DNA of 64,000 nt, taken from the NCBI GenBank assembly GCA_023430565.1, contig JAEZAD010000089.1, positions 2,872-66,871 of the forward strand. The letters are read 5' to 3'. This DNA is from Verrucomicrobiota bacterium (GTDB lineage: Bacteria; Verrucomicrobiota; Verrucomicrobiia; Opitutales; Opitutaceae). Below are positions 17,119 to 27,075 of this stretch, piece by piece. The notes beneath the pieces were generated by a model, which did not search any database, was not told the origin of the DNA, and saw only the letters and a list, made by a program, of their open reading frames with translations. The position numbers were made by a program, and so were the translations under genes. The stretch's first letter is position 1. The number at the start of each line of letters is the position of its first letter.

Positions 17119-18960
17119 ATGGCCCAAGCTTACACGGAAGCGAGCATCAAGACCCTTTCCTCGACCGAGCACATTCGCCTGCGCCCCGGCATGTATATCG
17201 GGCGGCTCGGCAATGGCGCGCATGCGGAGGACGGCATCTACGTGCTGTTGAAGGAGTCGATCGACAACTCGATCGACGAATTCACGATGGGGCACGGTCG
17301 CAAGATCGAGGTGGAGCTCAACGAGCGCACGGTGCGCGTGCGCGATTACGGGCGCGGCATTCCGCTCGGCAAGCTGCTCGAGTGCGTGTCGGTCATCAAC
17401 ACGGGGGCCAAATACGACAGCGAGACCTTCAAGAAAGCGGTGGGGTTGAACGGCGTTGGCCAGAAGGCGGTGAACGCGCTCTCGCTCGAGTATCGCGCGC
17501 AGGCGTTTCGCGAAGGGCAGACGAAGGTGGTCGAGTTCGCGCAGGGGAAACTGAAGAAGGATGCGAAGATCGCGAAGACGGACGAGCGCAATGGCACGCT
17601 GATCGAGTTCACGCCGGACGAGGCGTTGTTCGGGAAGGACTTCAAGTTTCGCACGGAGTTCATCGAGGACATGCTGTGGAACTACGCGTTTCTGAATCGC
17701 GGGCTGACGCTGCTGTTCAACGGGAAGGTGTTTCGGTCCGAGAACGGGCTGAAGGACCTGCTGCAGAAAAACCTGAGCGGTGAGCCGCTGTATCCGATTA
17801 TCCATCTCGAAGGCGAGGACATCGAGGTGGCGTTCACGCATGGCGCGCACTACGGCGAGGAATATCACACCTTCGTGAACGGGCAGCACACGACGATGGG
17901 CGGGACGCATTTGTCGGCGTTTCGCGAGGCGCTGGTGGAGACGGTGCGAAACTTCTTCAAGCGCGACTACGATGCGGCGGACGTGCGGCAATCGATCGAT
18001 GCGGCGATCGTGGTGCGGGTGATGGAGCCGGTGTTCGAGTCGCAGACGAAGACGAAGCTCGGTTCGCAGGACATGGTGCCGGGCGGACCATCGATCAAGG
18101 ACTTCATCGGGAAGTTCATGCAGCAGTCGCTCGACGTGTATCTCCACAAGAACAAGGAGACGGCCGAGACGCTGCGTTCGAAAATCGAGGAGAACGAGCG
18201 CGAGCGGAAGGAGCTCGCGGGCATCCGCAATCTGGCGCGGGAGCGCGCGAAAAAGGCGTCGCTGCACAACAAAAAGCTGCGCGATTGCCGGCTGCATCTG
18301 GGCGATCGCAACGAGCGCGCGGAGGAGAGCACGTTGTTCATCGTGGAAGGCGATTCGGCGGCGGGGTCGCTGACGGCGACGCGCGACGTGCAGACGCAGG
18401 CGGTGTTCGCGTTGAAGGGAAAGCCGCTGAACACGTTTGGGCTTTCGAAGAAGGTGATCTACGAGAACGAGGAGTTTCACCTGCTGCAGTCGGCGTTGAA
18501 CGTCGAGGACGGGATGGATGGGCTGCGTTACAACCGGATCGTGATCGCGACCGATGCCGACGTGGATGGCATGCACATCCGGCTGCTGCTGATCTCCTTT
18601 TTCCTGCAGTTCTTCCCGGACCTGATCCGCAACGGGCACGTATTCATTTTGGAAACACCCCTGTTTCGCGTGCGGAACAAGAAGCGCACGATCTACTGCT
18701 ATTCGGAGCAGGAGAAGCAGGCGGCGATCGCGGAACTTGGGGCGAGCCACGAGATCACGCGCTTCAAGGGGCTCGGCGAAATCTCGGCGAACGAGTTCAA
18801 GGATTTCATCGGCGAGAGTATCCGCCTCGAGCCGGTGACGCTCGCGCACCTGCATGACAGTGGCGAACTCCTGGGCTTCTTCATGGGCAAGAACACACCG
18901 GAGCGGCAGGACTTCATCATCGGAAATCTGAAGGTGGAGAAGGATCTGGTGGAGGTGTGA
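17119..18960 (+). CDS. parE: type IIA DNA topoisomerase subunit B (topoisomerase IV ParE-type)
   Basis: GHKL ATPase motifs ([28 protein letters not shown]), Toprim EGDSAGG, and PLKGK-like LKGKPLN. About 613 aa, i.e. the compact ParE type. Confidence 0.9.
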   Translation: MAQAYTEASIKTLSSTEHIRLRPGMYIGRLGNGAHAEDGIYVLLKESIDNSIDEFTMGHGRKIEVELNERTVRVRDYGRGIPLGKLLECVSVINTGAKYDSETFKKAVGLNGVGQKAVNALSLEYRAQAFREGQTKVVEFAQGKLKKDAKIAKTDERNGTLIEFTPDEALFGKDFKFRTEFIEDMLWNYAFLNRGLTLLFNGKVFRSENGLKDLLQKNLSGEPLYPIIHLEGEDIEVAFTHGAHYGEEYHTFVNGQHTTMGGTHLSAFREALVETVRNFFKRDYDAADVRQSIDAAIVVRVMEPVFESQTKTKLGSQDMVPGGPSIKDFIGKFMQQSLDVYLHKNKETAETLRSKIEENERERKELAGIRNLARERAKKASLHNKKLRDCRLHLGDRNERAEESTLFIVEGDSAAGSLTATRDVQTQAVFALKGKPLNTFGLSKKVIYENEEFHLLQSALNVEDGMDGLRYNRIVIATDADVDGMHIRLLLISFFLQFFPDLIRNGHVFILETPLFRVRNKKRTIYCYSEQEKQAAIAELGASHEITRFKGLGEISANEFKDFIGESIRLEPVTLAHLHDSGELLGFFMGKNTPERQDFIIGNLKVEKDLVEV

Positions 18961-19108
18961 CCCTTCGTGAAGGCGCGATTTAATCGCCTAGTTCAGCGGG
19001 GTTAATTCCCGAGCGCCTTCGTGCGAATCGGCTCAACCGCCCGGTCCGCGCGTCGAAAGAGCGGACGTCGGTTTCGCCGCGCCTGTTTGGGAGTGGCGGA
19101 TCGTATTC

Positions 19109-19333
19109 ATGGTCCCACCAAAACTTCATCCGAGGTGGGCGGCCCTGTTGCAGGGTCGCCACGAGCACAAGTTCAACAACGCCGCAGCTTCGATGCTGCT
19201 GTTTCAGCTGAAGGCCGATCTGCGCGCCAACGGGTCGCCGACCGCGATGGCCGCGGCCGTCGATCAAGCGCACGCGTTCTTCACCAAGTATGAGCGGATG
19301 CTGCAGGCGGACATCCAGGCCATCTTCAACTGA
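19109..19333 (+). CDS. hypothetical small protein (74 aa)
   Basis: Strong GC3 bias in this frame. Stop lies 7 nt before the next gene. No family recognised. Confidence 0.5.
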   Translation: MVPPKLHPRWAALLQGRHEHKFNNAAASMLLFQLKADLRANGSPTAMAAAVDQAHAFFTKYERMLQADIQAIFN

Positions 19334-19340
19334 TCTTCCG

Positions 19341-20306
19341 ATGCTGCTTACCATTGCTGACGCCAACGCCCTGATTGCCCGCGGGGCTCCCCTCATTATC
19401 GCCGGCTCGCGCGAGAGCCTGGCGGCGCTTGCGCCCGGTCCGTGGATCGGCGGGAGCATTCCGTATTTCATGGACCGCGACGGCGGTCGCTGCGATCGCA
19501 CGCGCGTGTTCGTTGACGAGATCGCGCTGCCGGTCGTGCGGTGGACGGTGCAGACCTATTCGCCGGAAACGCTGAAACGGATCGCAAGCGATGCGTTTGC
19601 GAACGGCTTTTCCTACGTGATCATACCCGCGAACGGTGCGACGCATCTGGAATATGCGATGCACGCGCCGCGGTATCCCGAGATTTTCATGAAGCCGGTG
19701 ATCGGATGGATCTCCGGAGTTCATCTCGACGACCGCGAAGTTGAAAAACCGATCGTGGTCGACGGGCGCACCGGGACGGTGCTGAGCAGTGAAGCCATTG
19801 TGCTGCACGTCGAGCTGCCGGCGGAATCTCAAGTGATGGTGCACACGGTCAATCTCTTCGAGCCGGGCTCCGGCCCGTCCCTGCGGTTCATCGAAACCGG
19901 CTTTTCCGCGTCGACGGTTTTGGTGAACGGTCAGGCGGTGAACATCGCGCGTTATATGATCGATCACGCGTGGGACGCGCGGGTGCCGCTGGTGGCCGAT
20001 TATGCGGGCACGAATGTGAATGTGAGTGTCCGCTCCATCGACGAAGCCGCGGGCCGGGTGGATTTCTATGCCCCGGTGTTTCCGGACATCGACTATCGCG
20101 CTGCAGCGCCGGTGGGAAACTATGTGGAGATGTTTGCGAAGCATGTGCCGGCGGGAGTGCGGCCCGTGCTCTCGTGCAATTGCATCCTCAACTACGTTTA
20201 TGGCGGTTTGGAGGGGAAACGCACGGGGCCGTTCACCGGGCCGGTCACCTTCGGCGAGATCGCCCATCAGCTGGTGAACCAGACGCTCGTCTATCTGGCG
20301 GCGTGA
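19341..20306 (+). CDS. FIST-like domain protein (putative ligand-sensing module)
   Basis: The C-terminal SCNCILNYVYGG...GPVTFGEIAHQLVNQTLVYL resembles the FIST_C signature (sCxxR...GEi...hNqT). ATG at 19341. Confidence 0.55.
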   Translation: MLLTIADANALIARGAPLIIAGSRESLAALAPGPWIGGSIPYFMDRDGGRCDRTRVFVDEIALPVVRWTVQTYSPETLKRIASDAFANGFSYVIIPANGATHLEYAMHAPRYPEIFMKPVIGWISGVHLDDREVEKPIVVDGRTGTVLSSEAIVLHVELPAESQVMVHTVNLFEPGSGPSLRFIETGFSASTVLVNGQAVNIARYMIDHAWDARVPLVADYAGTNVNVSVRSIDEAAGRVDFYAPVFPDIDYRAAAPVGNYVEMFAKHVPAGVRPVLSCNCILNYVYGGLEGKRTGPFTGPVTFGEIAHQLVNQTLVYLAA

Positions 20307-20331
20307 GCGGCCCTGCACTTGCAGGCGCAGC

Positions 20332-21594
20332 GTGCCTTCGCACGATGTCGCGATGATTTTTTTCGCTTGCGGTGGCGCGAGACGCCTCAGGCTGCATCGC
20401 TTCCTTCTGTCCGCGCTCGCGGGCGCGTTGTTGCTGGCCGGCTGTGCGTCTCCGCCTTCTGAATACCGGGATCCGCCGCCGCGGGCGGTGGAAGCGCGGA
20501 CGGAGCACAACCGCCGGGTCTTCGATCGGGTGTGGGAGCTGGTGAACGAACGATATTTCGACGCGAGCTTTCGCGGCGTCGACTGGGCGGCGTTGCGCGA
20601 ACGGTATCGCCCGCGGGCGACGGCGGCGAAGGACGAAGAGGAGCTGTATCAGATCGTCAATGAGATGTGCGCCGAGTTGAAGGAATCGCATCTCGTGGCG
20701 CTCACGCCGCGCCGGGCGCATGAGAACCGGGTCGAACACCGGCCGGCGATCGGGTTGCGGTGGACGGAAGTCGAAGGTGCGCGCGTGGTGACGGATGTGC
20801 TGCCGGGCGGTCCGGCGGCGGGGGCCGGGGTCGAGCGCGGGTGGCTGATCGTGTCGCGCAACGGCGCGCCCTTGCGCGCGGACGATCCCTTCGTGATGCG
20901 GCTCGGGCAGCCGGTGGAATTCGAGTTCCTCGACCGCGAGAATCGGACGAGAAAACTCTCGATGCTGCCGGCGTTGGTGAACTTTCAACGGAGGGAGGCG
21001 TTGCCGCTCGAGGACGGGGCGATTTACCTGCGGTTCGATCATTTTGCGCGCGATACGGTTTTCTGGATGCGACGGCAGTTGCGCGAACATCGGACGGCGC
21101 CGGCGGTGATCATCGATCTGCGGGAGAATCGCGGTGGCGACACGTTTGCGCTGCGGGTGGCGCTGGCGGATTTCTTTCCGGAGAAAGTCGCGGAGGGGCG
21201 AATTGTGAACCGGCGCGGAAAGGCGAAGGAGTCGCACAGCATCGGGTGGGGAGCGACGCACTACGAAGGACGCGTGCTCGTGTTGATCGGGCCGGGCACG
21301 GGGAGTGCGGCGGAGATTTTCGCGCATGTGCTGCAGCATCACCGGCGGGCGACGATCATCGGACGGAAGACGGCGGGGGCGGTGATTTATTCGCGTTCGT
21401 ATCGGCTACCGGGGGGCGGAGAATTGCAGGTGCCGGTGAGCGATTACGTCGGCCTGGATGGCCAGCGGCTGGAAGGCCGGGGCGTCGCGCCTGACGTGGA
21501 ATTGCCGCTGCCGACGCTGGCGCAACGCCGGGCGGTGCTGGATCTGGAGATGAAGGAGGCACTGGAAATTCTGCGGAAAGAGCGGGCCGGGTAG
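20332..21594 (+). CDS. S41 family peptidase (C-terminal processing protease-like), lipoprotein
   Basis: Lipobox LLLAGC, IIDLRENRGG, and GPGTGSAAEIFAHVLQ with the catalytic Ser region. Confidence 0.85.
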   Translation: MPSHDVAMIFFACGGARRLRLHRFLLSALAGALLLAGCASPPSEYRDPPPRAVEARTEHNRRVFDRVWELVNERYFDASFRGVDWAALRERYRPRATAAKDEEELYQIVNEMCAELKESHLVALTPRRAHENRVEHRPAIGLRWTEVEGARVVTDVLPGGPAAGAGVERGWLIVSRNGAPLRADDPFVMRLGQPVEFEFLDRENRTRKLSMLPALVNFQRREALPLEDGAIYLRFDHFARDTVFWMRRQLREHRTAPAVIIDLRENRGGDTFALRVALADFFPEKVAEGRIVNRRGKAKESHSIGWGATHYEGRVLVLIGPGTGSAAEIFAHVLQHHRRATIIGRKTAGAVIYSRSYRLPGGGELQVPVSDYVGLDGQRLEGRGVAPDVELPLPTLAQRRAVLDLEMKEALEILRKERAG

Positions 21595-21682
21595 CCGGGG
21601 TCCAAATCGAGCGCGAAGGCGCAAGAGTGCCGCTTGACGCGCGCGGCGCCGCGCCCCAAACCTGCGCGCTGCTTCGCACGCG

Positions 21683-23893
21683 ATGGCCCGAAAGAAATCC
21701 TCGAAAAACTCCGATCAACCCGAACTGCCGCTCGACAATGGCGCCGAGCCGGCTGCGTCCGAGAAGAAGTCCGGCAAATCGGATCCAAAGGCGAAGGCGC
21801 CGGAGATGAATCAGCGGTCGGGCGCGGGCGCCGACCCGAAGCCGGAGGAGCCGAAGGGCGATCAGATCGTGACGGTGACGTCCGCGCCGGCTGAGCCGCC
21901 ACCGCGGCGGGGCGGGGCGAAGGTGCAGGACGAGGATTCGCCGCTGGCGGTGAGCTATCGGAATTGGTTTCTCGAATACGCGAGCTACGTGATTCTCGAC
22001 CGCGCGGTGCCGCACATCGACGACGGCCTCAAACCCGTGCAGCGCCGGATCCTGCACACGCTGTGGGACATGGACGACGGGCGTTTTCACAAGGTGGCGA
22101 ATGTCGTCGGCCGCACGATGTCGCTGCACCCGCACGGCGACGCGTCGATTGGCGCGGCGCTGGTGGCGATCGGCCAGCGGGCGTTCCTGGTCGAGCCGCA
22201 GGGAAATTTCGGCAATCTGCTGACGGGTGACGATGCGGCGGCACCACGTTACATCGAGGCGCGGCTGACGAATTTCGCGAAGGACGTGCTCTTCAATCCC
22301 AAGACCACGACCTGGCAGCTGAGCTACGATGGACGTGCGAAGGAGCCGGTGACGTTGCCGGCGAAGTTCCCGATCGTGCTGCTCGAGGGCGCGGAGGGCA
22401 TCGCGGTCGGTCTCGCGACGAAGATCCTGCCGCACAACTTCAACGATCTCTGCCGCGCGGCGATCAATCACCTGCAGGGAAAGTCGTTCCGCATCTATCC
22501 CGATTTTCCGACGGGCGGCGTGGCGGATTTTTCGGAATACAACGACGGCGAGCGCGGCGGGAAGGTGAAGGTCCGGGCGAAGATCGAGGTGCGGAGCAAG
22601 TATCTCCTCGCGATCACGGAGCTGCCGTTTGGCTCCACGACGGAATCGCTGATCGAGTCGATTCTCGCGGCCAACGCGAAGGGCAAGATCAAGGTCCGGC
22701 ACGTCGACGACAACACGGCCGATTCGGTGGAGATCCTCGTGCACCTGCCGCAGGGCAGCGAGCCGGAGAAGGTGATCCAGCAGCTTTACGTGTTCACCGG
22801 CTGCCAGGCGAATCTGTCGCCGGCGGCGTGCGTGATCGTGACCGACGAGCAAACGGGGCAGGACAAGCCCGAGTTTCTTGGCGTGCGCGAGATCCTGAAG
22901 CGCGCGGTCGACAAGACGAAGGCGCTGTTGAAACAGGAGTTGGAGATCAAGCTCGAGGAGCTGGAGCAGCAGTGGCACTGGGATTCGCTCGAGCGGATTT
23001 TCATCGAGGAGCGGATCTACCGTCGGATCGAAAAATCGAAGACATGGGAAAGCGTGCTCGAGGAGATTCGCGAAGGCCTGAAGCCCTTCGTGAAGCAGCT
23101 GCGGCGGGCGGTCACGGACGATGATATCACGCGACTCACGGAGATCCGCATCAAGCGGATCTCGGCCTACAACCGCTTCCAGGCGGACGAGGCGATCGCG
23201 AAGATCGAGGCGGGCATCAAGGAGACGAAGAACAATCTGAAAAACCTCACGGCCTACGCGGTCGCGTGGTTCGAGATGTTGCAGGAAAAATACGGCAAGG
23301 GCCGGAAGCGGCGGACGAGTTACGACGAGATCGAGCAGATCAACGCGGCCGAGGTCGTATCCGCGAATCAACGACTCTACGTGAATCGCGAGGACGGCTT
23401 CATCGGGCTGAACTGGCGGCAGCACGAGTTCGTGCAGGAGTGCACGATTCTCGACAGCGTGCTCACGATCATGCGCGACGGTTCGCTGAAGGTTGCCAAG
23501 GTGGGCGACAAGGTTTTCATGGGGCGCGACATCCTTCACATCGCGATCTTCCCGAAAGACGGCGACCCGAACTTCTACACGATGGTGTATCAGGACAAGG
23601 AGAGCGGGAAGGCCTTCGCGAAACGGTTCCAGATCGGCGGACTTTCGCGCGACAAGCTTTATCCGCTCGTGAAGTCCGAAGGCTCGAAGGTGGTGTATCT
23701 CGAGGTGAGCAAGACCGAGAAGGACATGCCGAAAAAGCTGCAGGTTTTCATCGACGGTCGCAGCGGTGCGCGGGTCCGCGAGCTTGAGTTCGACCTGGCG
23801 AATGTGCCTGTGAGCACGCGGAGCGCGAAGGGCCTCACTGTCACGAAGTGGCCGGTGAAGGACGTGAAGCGCGTGGATTTGGCGCTGAGCTGA
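21683..23893 (+). CDS. parC: type IIA DNA topoisomerase subunit A (topoisomerase IV ParC-type) with a Lys-rich N-terminal extension
   Basis: YASYVILDRAVPHIDDGLKPVQRRILH and HPHGDASI motifs. About 95 aa of low-complexity sequence precede the conserved core. Confidence 0.9.
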   Translation: MARKKSSKNSDQPELPLDNGAEPAASEKKSGKSDPKAKAPEMNQRSGAGADPKPEEPKGDQIVTVTSAPAEPPPRRGGAKVQDEDSPLAVSYRNWFLEYASYVILDRAVPHIDDGLKPVQRRILHTLWDMDDGRFHKVANVVGRTMSLHPHGDASIGAALVAIGQRAFLVEPQGNFGNLLTGDDAAAPRYIEARLTNFAKDVLFNPKTTTWQLSYDGRAKEPVTLPAKFPIVLLEGAEGIAVGLATKILPHNFNDLCRAAINHLQGKSFRIYPDFPTGGVADFSEYNDGERGGKVKVRAKIEVRSKYLLAITELPFGSTTESLIESILAANAKGKIKVRHVDDNTADSVEILVHLPQGSEPEKVIQQLYVFTGCQANLSPAACVIVTDEQTGQDKPEFLGVREILKRAVDKTKALLKQELEIKLEELEQQWHWDSLERIFIEERIYRRIEKSKTWESVLEEIREGLKPFVKQLRRAVTDDDITRLTEIRIKRISAYNRFQADEAIAKIEAGIKETKNNLKNLTAYAVAWFEMLQEKYGKGRKRRTSYDEIEQINAAEVVSANQRLYVNREDGFIGLNWRQHEFVQECTILDSVLTIMRDGSLKVAKVGDKVFMGRDILHIAIFPKDGDPNFYTMVYQDKESGKAFAKRFQIGGLSRDKLYPLVKSEGSKVVYLEVSKTEKDMPKKLQVFIDGRSGARVRELEFDLANVPVSTRSAKGLTVTKWPVKDVKRVDLALS

Positions 23894-23901
23894 TCTACAC
23901 C

Positions 23902-24591
23902 ATGACGCGCCGTCGCCCCGGTGCTCTAACCGGCCTGAGGTTCGCTGTTCTGGTTGGGGCGTTCGGCCTCGCGGTCGGCGTGAGCGTGGCCGAACCGCGG
24001 AATCTGGACCTCCTGAAGCGGGAGATTCGCGCGTATGTGGAATCGGGCGATTACGCGCGCGGGCTCGAGCGCGTCGCGCGCAGCGCGCGCCGCTGGATCG
24101 AGGAACGGGCCGCGCTCGATGCGCGAGGCGTGGCGGGCCCGCAAAAGCTGGCGGTGGTGATGGATCTCGATGAGACGCTGCTGTCGAACTGGCCGGCCAT
24201 GCAGGCGGCGGATTTTGGATACGTGCCGGCAGCGTGGGACGAGTGGGTCGATCGCGGGGAGGCGCCGGCGATCGAGCCGGTGCGCGAGGTGTATCGGGCG
24301 GCGCGGGCGGCGGGCGTGAGCGTGTTTTTCCTGACCGGACGGACCGAGCGCGACCGCCCGGGCACGGAAAGGAATTTGCGCGCGATCGGTTGCGCGGACT
24401 ACGCCGCGCTGATCTGCCGTGGGGCGGAAGCGACCGGCAAGGCGGTCGACTACAAGTCGACCGAACGCCAGCGGCTCGTCGAGCAGGGCTGGGTGATCGT
24501 GGCGAACATCGGCGACCAGGAGAGCGACCTCGCCGGTGGATTTGCGGAGCGAACGTTCAAGCTGCCCAATCCGTTTTATCAGACGGAATGA
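23902..24591 (+). CDS. HAD-superfamily class B/C acid phosphatase (secreted)
   Basis: VVMDLDETLLSN (DxDxT), FFLTGR, and GDQESDL. Signal peptide follows the ATG at 23902. Confidence 0.8.
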   Translation: MTRRRPGALTGLRFAVLVGAFGLAVGVSVAEPRNLDLLKREIRAYVESGDYARGLERVARSARRWIEERAALDARGVAGPQKLAVVMDLDETLLSNWPAMQAADFGYVPAAWDEWVDRGEAPAIEPVREVYRAARAAGVSVFFLTGRTERDRPGTERNLRAIGCADYAALICRGAEATGKAVDYKSTERQRLVEQGWVIVANIGDQESDLAGGFAERTFKLPNPFYQTE

Positions 24592-24648
24592 AACGGGTGG
24601 GCGAAGCTGCGCCTCGCCTCACTGAAACGAACGACGACCTTTGGGCGC

Positions 24649-25146
24649 TCAGTCGGTGGCTTGCGCGATGATTTGCACGGTCTCGGGCGCGACGACGCGG
24701 TCGATGTCGAGCAGCGTCTTCACCTGCCCCTTCACCTTGGCCATGCCGAGCAGGTAAGTCGTGTCGACTTTGGTGCCGAAATCGGGCGTGGGCTCGATCT
24801 CTTCGTCAGTCAACGTGACGACCTCCTCGACGCTGTCGACGATGAGGCCCATCTGCACGGTTTGGTCGTTGGGCAGCGTGACTTGCACGACGACGATGCA
24901 CGTGCGCTCGGCGAACTCGGCCTTGAGGCCGAATTTGACGCGGAGATCGACGACGGGGATGACTCGGCCGCGGAGATTGATGACGCCCTTCACGAACGCC
25001 GGCATCTGCGGCACGGGCGTGATCTTCTGCATGCGAATGATTTCGCGAACCTTCAGCACGGCGATGCCGTAGGCTTCGTTTTCGAGAACGACCGTCAGGT
25101 ATTTGCCGGCGAGCTTGGAGGCGGCGGGAGCGGGCGCGTTGGACAT
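24649..25146 (-). CDS. cheW: chemotaxis coupling protein CheW
   Basis: 165 aa. YGIAVLKVREI and GVINLRGRVIPVVDLR are the CheW-domain hallmark. Confidence 0.9.
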   Translation of the reverse strand: MSNAPAPAASKLAGKYLTVVLENEAYGIAVLKVREIIRMQKITPVPQMPAFVKGVINLRGRVIPVVDLRVKFGLKAEFAERTCIVVVQVTLPNDQTVQMGLIVDSVEEVVTLTDEEIEPTPDFGTKVDTTYLLGMAKVKGQVKTLLDIDRVVAPETVQIIAQATD

Positions 25147-25228
25147 GGTTGGAAAGAGGTGGCCCGCGCGAGGTGCACGGGCACGGTTTAAGTTTCGGTC
25201 GTTTGGAGGAGAGGTTTAGGCAAATCGC

Positions 25229-26854
25229 TCAACGGGTGCGGGCGTGGCCGTTGGCGGTGGGTTCGACGTCGGCGAAGTGCAGATCGTCGGCGGGCTGCGC
25301 GGCGGCGGAATCCCGGCCGTGCAGCTTCGGGCGCTGCAGCGCGCCGGGCGTGGCGGGGAGAGGGGCGGGCGCGGTGGATTTCGCAACGCGAGGTGGACGA
25401 ATTTCGGCGGCGGGCGCGGCGGGGATTTCTCCGCCCTCGATCAGGCGGCGCAGGTCGGCGACGACCTCCTGCATGGCGACGGCCTGCGCGCTGAGTTCCT
25501 CGGCGGCGGCGGCGGTTTCCTCGGCGTTGCTCGCGTTGGACTGCGTGACTTTGTCCATCTGGCTGACGGTGGTGTTCACCTGTCCGATGCCTTGGTTCTG
25601 CTCGTGCGACGCGGTGGCGATCTCGGCGACGAGGGTGTCGACCTTGCGAGCCTTATCGAGGATCTGGGCGAGGGATTCGGCGACTTTGCCGGAGATGCGG
25701 ACGCCGTGTTCGCTCTTGCTGATCGCGACTTCGATCTTGGCGGCGGTTTCCTTCGCGGATTGGGCGGAGCGCTGCGCGAGGCTGCGGACTTCCTCGGCGA
25801 CGACGGCAAAACCCATGCCGGCGTCGCCGGCGCGCGCGGCTTCGACGGCGGCGTTGAGCGCGAGGATGTTGGTCTGGAACGCGATCTCGTCGATGGTCTT
25901 GATGATTTTCGAGATGTCGGAGGACGACGTTTTGATTTCGTCCATCGCGACGTTCATGGCCTGCATGTCGGCGGCGCAGGTGTCGGCGGCGATGCGCGTC
26001 TGGTTGGAGAGCTCCTTGGTTTGCTGCGCGCTGTCGGCGTTGCGCTTGGTCATGCTCGCGAGCTCTTCGATCGATGCGCTCGTTTCCTCGAGGCTGGCGG
26101 CCTGTTCGCTGGCGCCTTGAGCGAGCGACTGGCTCGCGCCGGAGACCTGGCCCGCCGCGGCGGTCACTTGGGCGGAGGTGTCGTCGAGGGCGTTGCTGAC
26201 GCGACGGATGGTGCGGTTGACCTGGCGGGTGATGAGGAAGGCGGCGGCAATCGAGAGGACGGCGGCGCCAATCGAAAACGTGAGGGCCAGCGTGCGCGAA
26301 AAAGCCATCGTGGTGCTGATGTGCGCGCCCGAGGCGTCGGCGGCCTTTTGATTGTAGTCGACGCAGTCAACGAGGGTCTTCTCGTAAGCCAGGTAGGCGG
26401 TGGAGCCGGTGGTTTTGAAAAGGGTCTCCGCTTCGGCCGGCCGGCCCATGAGGCTCAGCTCGCCAATTTGATCGGCGATCGTGCGGTAGTGCTGGAGCGC
26501 AGGCGCGATCCGCGCGGCGAGCGGGCGTTCATCCTCTGCCCGGATCGTGCCTTGGTAGCGCTCGAGCGTCTGATCGATTTCACGGGCAAGGGCGTGCCTC
26601 TTCTCGTCGATGGACTTCATGTCCGCCACGTCCTGCGACATGATGTGCTGCATGGTCAGGACCCGGTAAGCGAGGGTCTGCTGCAGGGCCTTGTTGGTAT
26701 GAATGACCCCGGGGAGATTGTCGCCGAGGATGGTCTCGACGTAGCGGCCTATGCTCGCCAGCGAGAAGAAAAAGCAAGCCGCGAGGGCGGCGATTAAGAG
26801 GAGAGGGGTGGTGAAGCCTGCGGTGAGCAGCTTGCGGATGGTCCAACTTTTCAT
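25229..26854 (-). CDS. methyl-accepting chemotaxis protein (4HB-type sensor, HAMP, MA domain)
   Basis: Highly conserved hairpin tip [44 protein letters not shown] at 26854. Confidence 0.9.
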   Translation of the reverse strand: MKSWTIRKLLTAGFTTPLLLIAALAACFFFSLASIGRYVETILGDNLPGVIHTNKALQQTLAYRVLTMQHIMSQDVADMKSIDEKRHALAREIDQTLERYQGTIRAEDERPLAARIAPALQHYRTIADQIGELSLMGRPAEAETLFKTTGSTAYLAYEKTLVDCVDYNQKAADASGAHISTTMAFSRTLALTFSIGAAVLSIAAAFLITRQVNRTIRRVSNALDDTSAQVTAAAGQVSGASQSLAQGASEQAASLEETSASIEELASMTKRNADSAQQTKELSNQTRIAADTCAADMQAMNVAMDEIKTSSSDISKIIKTIDEIAFQTNILALNAAVEAARAGDAGMGFAVVAEEVRSLAQRSAQSAKETAAKIEVAISKSEHGVRISGKVAESLAQILDKARKVDTLVAEIATASHEQNQGIGQVNTTVSQMDKVTQSNASNAEETAAAAEELSAQAVAMQEVVADLRRLIEGGEIPAAPAAEIRPPRVAKSTAPAPLPATPGALQRPKLHGRDSAAAQPADDLHFADVEPTANGHARTR

Positions 26855-27075
26855 CGCGGAATTAAGCGGCTCAGGAGGCGGTCGACTTGATCGAAACAGC
26901 ATTCCGTTTGCGGACAATCCCTGCGCATTTCTTGGACTGGGTGGGATGCGTCTCGGTCGTCCGCCCGTCGTCGCCGGAAGAAAGCGGGGAATGCGGGCCA
27001 AGGTTCGCGGCGTTTGCGTTCAAGAATGGCAGGCGCGCGCCGAAGAAGGGACGCACCGCTGTTCCCACGCCCTTC

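Noticed and set aside
17077-18855. 592-aa ORF on the minus strand
   Set aside because: Antisense to parE. Arg/Leu/His/Gln-rich with no motifs.
22974-22989. TGGCAC-N5-TTCG inside parC
   Set aside because: The -12 element is wrong (TTCG, not TTGC) and it lies deep in a coding region.
21356-23539. 727-aa ORF on the minus strand
   Set aside because: Antisense to parC and the end of the S41 protease gene. Arg/Leu/His-rich shadow ORF.
26887-27075. Upstream TTG start for cheA, adding 63 aa
   Set aside because: The added residues ([25 protein letters not shown]...) are not protein-like, and this start would leave only 32 nt of divergent promoter space with the mcp gene. The ATG at 27076 was chosen, though the start is not proven.
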